A DNA stretch of 64,000 nt from an uncultured Armatimonadetes bacterium (GTDB lineage: Bacteria > Armatimonadota > Hebobacteria > Hebobacterales > Hebobacteraceae), in the NCBI GenBank assembly GCA_963716175.1, contig OY970296.1:2944001-3008000 (forward strand), read 5' to 3'. The position numbers were made by a program, and so were the translations under genes. Numbering within the stretch: position 1 is the stretch's first letter; each line of letters begins with the position of its first letter. Below are positions 56,718 to 64,000 of this stretch, piece after piece. The notes beneath the pieces were generated by a model. The model was not told where the DNA came from. It made no database searches and saw only the letters and a list, made by a program, of their open reading frames with translations.

Positions 56718-57827
56718 TCACACGGTAATGGGGTTGCCGAGGAAACCATCCCCCCAGAACACGGGCTGGTATCCGCGATCTGTCACCCAGCGCAGCGAGC
56801 GGATCACACTGTCCTGCATGTGTGGTCTGTAACAGGGGAGCTCTCTGCGGAAGAAGTGCTCGTGGATGAGGAGTTCGATGAGTTCGCCGGTGTGCAGACT
56901 CGCGGCCTGCCGGTCGAGCCAGGGGTCTATCTCCTGGGGTCGAAACTCGTTCACTATCGCGTCGACAGTGATGAATATGAGGTCGGCCTCGGCGTCGTAA
57001 TAGTGGTCGCGAGTACTGGCGTGGTGCTTGACGGATTCGGCCAGATAGTATCCGGTAGTGCACTCGGCGGGTCCAGAGTGGAAGATCGCGACGAGGACAC
57101 GGATCCCGCGATCGTGGAGAGCGCGGCACGCGTCGGCCGGCGCCTCGGCGAAGTGAACCGTAGTGACCGGGCCCAGTGCCGACGCCCCTGCAAAGCGCTT
57201 GATCTCAGCTACCACGAGATCATAGTCATGCGCCATCCGCTCATAGGACGCGTTCCTATAGGGGCGACTCGGCTCACACTGCAGCGCGTGGAAGGATAGG
57301 CGCAGCCAGTCCGAGTTCGCCTCCCATTCATCCCGCCATTTGTCAGGCATCTGCCGGAGGGTGAAGTGCCCGAACATGGTCTGGTAGTAGATGTTCATAT
57401 GGATCTTCGCGCCATACTGTTCGTGCATCTGCCGCCAGAACTCGAGATACCAGTGGTCGAACAGCGAGCGGTAATCCTCTGGTCGTCTGCCCAGGTCCAT
57501 CAGGAAGAGGATGTTGTCGTCCACCGAGAGCCGGTACCTAGGCCGCGAGCCCTTGTCCCACAGCACGGTAACCGTATCCTCCGACTCTGCTCCGCTATGC
57601 CGGGCAACCGCGGCGATCTGGTTCTTGCGCTGGCGCAGAGGGACGGCGCATTTGAACGACCCCCCCTGGGCACAGGCCGGCACAGCGTTGACCGTGACGA
57701 GCGCGCCCTTTGGGGCAGTTCCCTCGACCTCGACCAGCAGTGAGTCAGCGGTCTCGTTGCCATCGTGGCGGTTCAGAATGTCACCATTCCAGGGATGGAT
57801 GATCTTGACTCTGTGGTCTCCGCTGAT
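56718..57827 (-). CDS. Ig-like domain + polysaccharide-deacetylase-like (NodB-fold) protein; probable ATC start
   Basis: LSVDDN, LSFHA, LLIHE. Frame is open to 57839, with AAGGAG 6 nt before ATC 57827. Confidence 0.6.
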   Translation of the reverse strand: MSGDHRVKIIHPWNGDILNRHDGNETADSLLVEVEGTAPKGALVTVNAVPACAQGGSFKCAVPLRQRKNQIAAVARHSGAESEDTVTVLWDKGSRPRYRLSVDDNILFLMDLGRRPEDYRSLFDHWYLEFWRQMHEQYGAKIHMNIYYQTMFGHFTLRQMPDKWRDEWEANSDWLRLSFHALQCEPSRPYRNASYERMAHDYDLVVAEIKRFAGASALGPVTTVHFAEAPADACRALHDRGIRVLVAIFHSGPAECTTGYYLAESVKHHASTRDHYYDAEADLIFITVDAIVNEFRPQEIDPWLDRQAASLHTGELIELLIHEHFFRRELPCYRPHMQDSVIRSLRWVTDRGYQPVFWGDGFLGNPITV

Positions 57828-58083
57828 GGGATGCTCCTTTCAGGTACGGGACGTGCCTTCTTAGCACGGGCATTCCACACCGGGTTCCGAGGCAAGTCGC
57901 TGGCGACGTGGATGATCCTGTCGATGGGCCCAGAATCGGTTCTCGCCCTCGGCGCGGTAGAGGGGCTTGGGTATGCGCGTGGCTGTCACAGGCGATTCGA
58001 CAGGCACACATCGATCTACGACGGCGGAGAGCCCCTCCAGCCACAGTTCAGGAACGCGGAGCCCCTTCCAGAAGATGGACCCG

Positions 58084-59394
58084 TCATAGGTCACGTGGGC
58101 CCTCCGGACTCGACCTGGCAACGCTGCCAAGCGACGACATGGCCAGTGCAGTGCCCCGACGCACTGAGCGGAGCCAGGGGCTCAGCACCTCTCGATGCCC
58201 TGGCGCGGTGCGCGGAAGCACCCCGTCTAGCAGGTGCATCCACGCACGCGCGGTGCGGTCCCACGTCATCGTCTCGGCGAATGCTCTGCCTTTGCGTGAG
58301 TACTCCTGGCACAGGTCGCGATCGGCGTAGAGCCGCTCGAGTTTCCCGTTCAGATCGCCAACATCGGCCAGCGCGTACTCCGCGTTGTCCCAGTTCATGG
58401 TCAGCCAGTTGCGCACGGCGATGAGTTCGCCTCTCCCTTCCACAAGCTCGGTGACTGCCGAGCATGCTGTGGCAATCACGGGAACACCGGCGGCCATTGC
58501 CTCCAGGATGGGCAGGCCGAACGCCTCCCCCATGGTGGGCAGCGCCATCACGTCGAAGAGATTGTAGAAGATGTTCAGCGCACGAGAAGAGACCCCAAGC
58601 GGCCCTGCCAGCCGCCGCGTGAACGCTACCTGCTTCTCTACCTTATGCAGCTTCACCAAGTCCAACAGCCGCCAGGCAGGGCCATCCGGGTCCATGTGCA
58701 GATAGAGCACGGAGTCGGAATGACGCTCGGCGAAGACGGCGAAGGCCTTGATCAGGATGGGGATCTGTTTGCGAAAGGTGTTGAGAGCTACGCACCCGAT
58801 GACGAACTTGCCCTCAAGTCCGAGCGCCGCGCGCAGGGCGTCCCGATCAGGTCGCGGGTAGAAGGTCTCCGTATCTACCCCAAGAGGGATGAGCCGCACC
58901 GTCGCGCCTGACTGGGCCTCGTCAGAGCTGCCTTCGGCCAAAGCGGACTGGCACCACGCCGATGCGACCACGACTCGGTCCGTCCTGGACACCACCTCCT
59001 GCATCTTGGCGGACACCGGTGACGCCTCGAAGAAGGCATATGCGACCCGCGAGACAACCTCGCGCAAGGGCACCTCGCTCATGGTCTCAAGGGCGGAAAG
59101 CGGCCCGGAGGTCACGACCACATCGGGACCGAATTCCTGAATGACTTCGTTTGTGCGGACGCTCGACCACGGTTGGGACCCCGGGGCGAACATGGTGCGA
59201 TCGCCCGAACCGTCTAGGGGGGGCTGTACAGTCCACCCGAGCACGCCAACCTCGTATTGGCCGCTGGCGGCGAGGCGCTTCGTGATCTCGTCGGCGACAC
59301 GTCCCTGTCCGGTGTGCGAACGCGGACTTTCGCTTACCCACAGGACGCGCGGCGTGGACGTGTTGCCGCGACGTTCGGCGCGATCAGTTAGCAC
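58084..59394 (-). CDS. Glycosyltransferase family 4
   Basis: WVSESP...TGQG, NTFRKQ, GEAFGLPILEAMAAG. Confidence 0.92.
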   Translation of the reverse strand: MLTDRAERRGNTSTPRVLWVSESPRSHTGQGRVADEITKRLAASGQYEVGVLGWTVQPPLDGSGDRTMFAPGSQPWSSVRTNEVIQEFGPDVVVTSGPLSALETMSEVPLREVVSRVAYAFFEASPVSAKMQEVVSRTDRVVVASAWCQSALAEGSSDEAQSGATVRLIPLGVDTETFYPRPDRDALRAALGLEGKFVIGCVALNTFRKQIPILIKAFAVFAERHSDSVLYLHMDPDGPAWRLLDLVKLHKVEKQVAFTRRLAGPLGVSSRALNIFYNLFDVMALPTMGEAFGLPILEAMAAGVPVIATACSAVTELVEGRGELIAVRNWLTMNWDNAEYALADVGDLNGKLERLYADRDLCQEYSRKGRAFAETMTWDRTARAWMHLLDGVLPRTAPGHREVLSPWLRSVRRGTALAMSSLGSVARSSPEGPRDL

Positions 59395-59849
59395 TGTCCC
59401 CTCCTCGGTCAGGCTATCCGTACCGACACCGGGTGTCCAACCTCACCACGGCGGGGCACCGGCTTGGCATCGGAGGCCCTGCCTGGCGGTAATGTGCATT
59501 CGTCCACGCCCTGCAAAGCTCCTCTCCGCAGAGGCATGTGCCTGGTATTCTCAGACGGTGCGCGGCCGGCTCAGGCATCACCGAGTGCCCAGGCATCCAT
59601 GGAGCGCATCAGCTTCCTGAAGCAGCTCAGGTGCTAACCGCCTGGCTTCAGGGAGCTGGTGCACACGGCCTTCCCTGGCTCCGCGTCATCCATCCCTTCC
59701 AGCAGGGCCCAGTTGAGGCTGAGCCACGCCTACAGAAGAACACCAGTCACAATGCTAGTCCCGTACGCGCGGCCTGCGCTTCGTAGGCCGGCAGCAACGG
59801 GATCATGGCCTCGGCCGGAACCGGCCGATGGCCCAGAGGTGGCCCTGCG

Positions 59850-60106
59850 GCTCCCCCACTGTAGCCGCGGGCGGATGGCCCGCTCAACTCCGTCGAGAGG
59901 ACTGGCCGGTGAACCCCAAGCGGGTGATGTGGGTCACGGGAGAGCCGGATCCGCCAAGATGCAGGACAACCGATGTCCTCGGACTCGCCTCCCCAGGGGA
60001 GGCACGCCACCCTCCCTGGCCGGCCGTGATCGCTGCTGCCCATCAGCGCGGCAGCCCCGACAAGCCCTCAGTCCCCTCTTACACCAGAGATTCCGCCTGC
60101 GGGTGA
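59850..60106 (+). pseudogene. Probable decayed IS3 OrfB fragment
   Basis: AQLRREDWPVNPKRV...TTD resembles the IS3 L.REG..VN.KRV motif. No DDE motif or inverted repeats seen. Confidence 0.45.
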
Positions 60107-60269
60107 GGTTTCCTTCGCGCTCGCGCACCGAAGCATCTCGGAGCACGCAAAGTGTGAGCCAGATTGGCCGAGCTCCTTCCAGTGAGCTTTGAGAGCAGAC
60201 GGCAGGAGGTGTTGTGGGCGCTGTAGAGAAGGGGTGTTATATCAGTGCAGGGGGACTAGGGGGGGGACC

Positions 60270-61262
60270 GTGCTCGCCAACCGGACAAGGGCCGCAGCCG
60301 CTCCCACGGTGACGCTCGAGACCAAGTGCTGGGAGGGAGACTGGGAGCGGATCCTGAAGACAGACCATCTCCAGGTCCTGTGCGAGCGGAACTGCTACCC
60401 TTTCTCCTCCCGAATGCTCATGATCAACAACGTTACGGACCGCGGCGAGGTCTGCCGATGGGCACAGCGCGCGGTGGAGGATGGGCGGCTCACGGGATTC
60501 GCGGTGGCGGAGGAGCAGGCCGATGAGGCCCTGGGCTTCTTTGGGCTGACGAGGGAGGGATTGGGCAGGGGCTACGTATACTCCATTGCTGAACTGGTGG
60601 CCATCTACCTGTGCGAGTCCGACTACTTGCTGCATTTTGCCGGCGACTCGTTCCTTCCGATCAAGTGCGATTGGGTCGCTCGCGCGTTGGCGATGTTCGA
60701 GGCCGATGGGCGTGTGCGGGTGGCCAACCCGACTTGGACCGAACGCTATTGGGAGGCCAGACAGGAGGCTTTCGAGGAGACCCCGGACTGGTACTTTGGT
60801 TACGGGTTCTCCGACCAGTGTTATCTTGTCCGCGTCTCCGACTTCCGGGGCCGGATATACAACGAGCACCATCCCGCCTCCGCGCGCTATCCCGGGTACG
60901 GCGGCGAGCTCTTTGAGAAACGGGTCGACTCTTGGATGCGCAACCACGGCTATGTCCGGATAACGTTCAGGCATGGATCGTATATCCATGGGGAACCCCT
61001 CTACCCGCCGGGCAGCCGGGTCCACGCACCTCAGACGAGCGTGGCCAGTCCTGGCTGCGAAGAACGTGGTGAGAAGAGCAATAAAGCGGCACCTGGCCGT
61101 CAGTGGATGACCGGCCACCGACCAACGCGTTCCCCGACTCGGCCCCGCGGGTCGCGGTCGTGTACGATGACATTGTCCGCCCGGACACGACCGGTGGCTA
61201 CTGCTTCCGCGCCATGCAGCGCATCGCCGCGGCGACCCATCTGGGGCGGCAAGAGGCCTTGA
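60270..61262 (+). CDS. Hypothetical GT-A-like protein
   Basis: TLETKCWEGDW, YLLHFAGD, GFSDQCYL, HP...RYP.YGGE.FEKRVD. Low-complexity tail overlaps the next gene by about 160 nt. Confidence 0.6.
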   Translation: MLANRTRAAAAPTVTLETKCWEGDWERILKTDHLQVLCERNCYPFSSRMLMINNVTDRGEVCRWAQRAVEDGRLTGFAVAEEQADEALGFFGLTREGLGRGYVYSIAELVAIYLCESDYLLHFAGDSFLPIKCDWVARALAMFEADGRVRVANPTWTERYWEARQEAFEETPDWYFGYGFSDQCYLVRVSDFRGRIYNEHHPASARYPGYGGELFEKRVDSWMRNHGYVRITFRHGSYIHGEPLYPPGSRVHAPQTSVASPGCEERGEKSNKAAPGRQWMTGHRPTRSPTRPRGSRSCTMTLSARTRPVATASAPCSASPRRPIWGGKRP

Positions 61263-64000
61263 TTTCCGGGCTGACCTTTGACTACCTCTTGCGGGTGGAC
61301 GACGATTTCGATTTCGGACTGCCTCCCGGTGCGCCCCCATCGGCCTTCTGGGTGATCGACACCCACACCAACTTCGACCGTCGGCTACAGCAGGCGCGGA
61401 GTTTCGACCTAGTCTTTGCGGCCCAGAAGGAGGGAGCGGAACGGCTTCGCCGAGAGGGCATCGAGAACTGCGAGTGGCTGCCTCTGGCATGCGATCCGGA
61501 GGTTCACCGCCGCCTGGATGTCGAGAAGGAACTCGACGTCGCATTTGTCGGTGGCATGCACCCGGGGCCGCGCCAGGAGCTGCTGTCCGCGGTGCAGCGG
61601 TGCTGTCCGAAGTCCTTTGTCGGCCAGGTCCGGCATACCGAGATGTGCCAAGTGTACAGCCGGGCAAGAATCGTCATAAACTGCTGTCTCAACAATGACC
61701 TGAACATGCGGGTGTTCGAGGCGCTGTCGTGCGGGGCGCTGCTGATCACGAATCGATTGGAGGGCAATGGGCAGGAAGAGCTGTTCAGCGATCGGGTACA
61801 CTTGGTCCAGTACGATACCATCGACGAGGCGCTCTCGCTGATCGACTACTACTTGAGGCACCCGGAAGAAGCGGAGCAGATCGCGGAGATGGGCCACCGA
61901 GAGGCGGTGGCGAAGCATACCTATCGGCACCGCATGGAGCGGGTGTTGGCGAGGATGTCGGCTTGGGCTCCGGAGCAGCTGTCGGGCGGGGCGAAGCGGG
62001 AGGGCGAGGCGCCGAAGGAGCTTGGGGCAGGACGGGATGTGAGGTACTTCCGCGGGACGGGCGTCCACCTTGGGGAACTGGTGCCCAGGAGTGCCCAGCG
62101 AGTGCTGGACGTGGGCTGTAGGGCAGGCGTATTCGGCGAGTCGCTGAAGCGCCGGCAGGGGTGCGAGGTGGTGGGGATCGAGCTTAACCGCTGGGCGGCG
62201 GAGGAGGCGCGGACAAGGCTCGACCTCGTGATGGAGGGGGACGCGGAGACGCTCGATATCGCTTCCCTAGGTTCCTTCGATGCCGTCGTGTGCGGGGACG
62301 TTCTGGAGCATCTACGGCAGCCGGAGGAGATGCTGCGGCGGATCCGCCAGGTGATGACCAAAGGCGGGGTGCTGGTTGCGAGCATTCCGAACACTCGTCA
62401 CATGGAGGTTCTGCAGCAACTCGCCGAGGGCAACTGGACTTACGAGCCGACCGGGCTGCTGGACAGAGATCACCTGCGTTTTTTCACGCGACGCAGCGCG
62501 GAGCAGATGTTTGAGGAGGCCGGCTACGAGGTGGTGGATGTCCAGGGAACACCTTCGCATGGCCATGCCGGCTGGGAGGGAGCGGGCCGCCCGAACCAGA
62601 TAAGGGCCGGCCGTTTGGTGCTGTCTGGGTTCGGGCCTGAGGAGTCCGAGGAGTTCTTCGTCGGCCAATGGCTGATCACGGCGCGCCCGTCCGAGCGCGT
62701 TGACTGGGGCCTGACGTCCATCATCATCCCTACTTGGAATCAGCTGGACTACACGCGGCTGTGCATCGAGAGCATCCGCAAGCACACGCGCCTCCCTCAC
62801 GAGATCATTGTGGTGGATAACGGATCGAGCGACGGCACGCCGGCTTGGCTCGAGTCGCTCTCGGACGTGCGTGTGATCGCGAATGCGACCAATCTCGGGT
62901 TCCCGAAGGCCTGCAACCAAGGATTGCAGGCCGCGATGGGGGCGAACCTTCTGCTTCTCAACAACGACACCGTGGTGACGCCGGGATGGCTGCGGCGCAT
63001 GCTGACCCATCTGCACGGCGCGCCCGAGGTGGGGATCGTAGGCCCACTCACGAACTACGCTGTTGGCGATCAGCAGATCGAGGTCGGCTACAAGAGCCTA
63101 CTTGAGCTGGACGGGTTCGCCTGGGATCTGGGGAGACGCAGGCGAGGCATGACGACCGCCACCGGCATGATCGTTGGCTTCTGTCTGCTCACCAAGCGCG
63201 AGGTGATCGGGCGCATCGGCCTGCTGGACGAGCAGTTTGGGATGGGCACGTTCGAGGACACGGACCTGTGCTACCGGGCGACCGCAGCTGGCTACCGTCT
63301 GCTGATATGCCAAGATGCGTTCGTGCATCACTTCGGCAGCCGGACCATGATCGGGAATCAGGTCCCCGGGGAGCAGCTGCTGGAGGAGAACCGCCTGCGA
63401 TTCGAGCGGAAGTGGGCGCTGAGTGCTCCCAAGCCAGACGTTGCGGCGGCGCCGCCGCAGCCGTCGGCGGGCCCCGCACCACCTGCCACCGAAGTGGTGG
63501 GTCGCGGGCACGGTAAGCGCCGGCGCAAAGCGAAGCGGCCACTGCCGGCTCCGGCCTCGCCCACCATCTCGTTGTGCATGATCGTGCGGGACGAGGAGGC
63601 GCACATCGCCGACTGCCTGAGGAGCGCAAAGCCCTATGTCGACGAGATGGTTGTGGTGGATACTGGGTCCAGGGACCGGACCCGGGAGATCGCGCGCTCG
63701 CTGGGGGCGAAAGTCTTCGACGCCCCCTGGGAGGACAGTTTCTCCGCCGCCCGGAACCGCTCACTCGCGCAAGCCACCGGAGAGTGGATCTTCTGGATGG
63801 ACGCGGACGATGTGTTGCCACCGGAGAGCGGGGAGCAATTGCACAGATGCGCGGCCGAGGCGCCCGAGCACGTGTTCGGGTTTATCGCACGGGTCCGCTG
63901 CCCAGCCGGGCGCAACGAGTATGGCGAGACTGTCGTCGACCACGTGAAGCTGTTCCGGAACCGGCCGGATCTCAGATTTGAGCTTCGTATCCATGAGCAG
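61103..64000 (+). CDS. Multidomain CgeB-like GT-B + methyltransferase + GT2 + GT2 (runs off the window's right edge)
   Basis: Manual translation, not in the ORF track: RPDTTGGYC, WLPLACDP, DLNMRVFEA; VLDVGC, GDVLEHL; SIIIPTWN, VVDNGS, LLNND; SLCMIVRDEE, WMDADD, RIHEQ. Confidence 0.9.
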   Translation, partial: MDDRPPTNAFPDSAPRVAVVYDDIVRPDTTGGYCFRAMQRIAAATHLGRQEALISGLTFDYLLRVDDDFDFGLPPGAPPSAFWVIDTHTNFDRRLQQARSFDLVFAAQKEGAERLRREGIENCEWLPLACDPEVHRRLDVEKELDVAFVGGMHPGPRQELLSAVQRCCPKSFVGQVRHTEMCQVYSRARIVINCCLNNDLNMRVFEALSCGALLITNRLEGNGQEELFSDRVHLVQYDTIDEALSLIDYYLRHPEEAEQIAEMGHREAVAKHTYRHRMERVLARMSAWAPEQLSGGAKREGEAPKELGAGRDVRYFRGTGVHLGELVPRSAQRVLDVGCRAGVFGESLKRRQGCEVVGIELNRWAAEEARTRLDLVMEGDAETLDIASLGSFDAVVCGDVLEHLRQPEEMLRRIRQVMTKGGVLVASIPNTRHMEVLQQLAEGNWTYEPTGLLDRDHLRFFTRRSAEQMFEEAGYEVVDVQGTPSHGHAGWEGAGRPNQIRAGRLVLSGFGPEESEEFFVGQWLITARPSERVDWGLTSIIIPTWNQLDYTRLCIESIRKHTRLPHEIIVVDNGSSDGTPAWLESLSDVRVIANATNLGFPKACNQGLQAAMGANLLLLNNDTVVTPGWLRRMLTHLHGAPEVGIVGPLTNYAVGDQQIEVGYKSLLELDGFAWDLGRRRRGMTTATGMIVGFCLLTKREVIGRIGLLDEQFGMGTFEDTDLCYRATAAGYRLLICQDAFVHHFGSRTMIGNQVPGEQLLEENRLRFERKWALSAPKPDVAAAPPQPSAGPAPPATEVVGRGHGKRRRKAKRPLPAPASPTISLCMIVRDEEAHIADCLRSAKPYVDEMVVVDTGSRDRTREIARSLGAKVFDAPWEDSFSAARNRSLAQATGEWIFWMDADDVLPPESGEQLHRCAAEAPEHVFGFIARVRCPAGRNEYGETVVDHVKLFRNRPDLRFELRIHEQ

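Noticed and set aside
59610-59658. 14-bp imperfect inverted repeat as an ncRNA or terminator
   Set aside because: No U-tract or family motif; could be chance in GC-rich DNA.
1-64000. tRNA, rRNA, riboswitch or att/dif site
   Set aside because: None recognisable by eye; tRNAscan, Infernal and comparative genomics would be needed to exclude them.

Overview
This is high-GC (roughly 65% by eye) bacterial DNA in four blocks. (1) 1-4.3 kb: the end of a glycan-biosynthesis operon (methyltransferase, GT4, DUF354) and a secreted protein with a duplicated domain. (2) 4.4-15.5 kb: five secreted proteins (a stand-alone form, a papain-like protease, a 7-repeat beta-propeller and two glycoside-hydrolase-like proteins). 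All five end in the same ~150-aa Trp/Asp-rich C-terminal domain, which I cannot assign to a known family; the copies are mosaics of one another. (3) 15.7-30.2 kb: a phage-derived or integrative segment with tandem paralogous tyrosine recombinases, an 11-bp-phased GTAGAGGAT array, HTH, TerS-like, ParB-methylase and TerL genes but no portal or capsid. An IS3 and cell-wall hydrolases follow. (4) 30.2-64 kb: a large glycosyltransferase/tailoring island built around an atypical IscU-like gene (first Cys ligand lost) and a split Rhs system. The Rhs system has a DUF6531-YD gene, a BNR-YD-core gene with a caspase-like tip, a putative immunity lipoprotein and an orphan core relic. The strongest candidates for undescribed systems are the shared C-terminal domain family, the Rhs/IscU-like/glycosyltransferase locus and the headless terminase element. 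All family calls come from motif recognition by eye; no searches were run.
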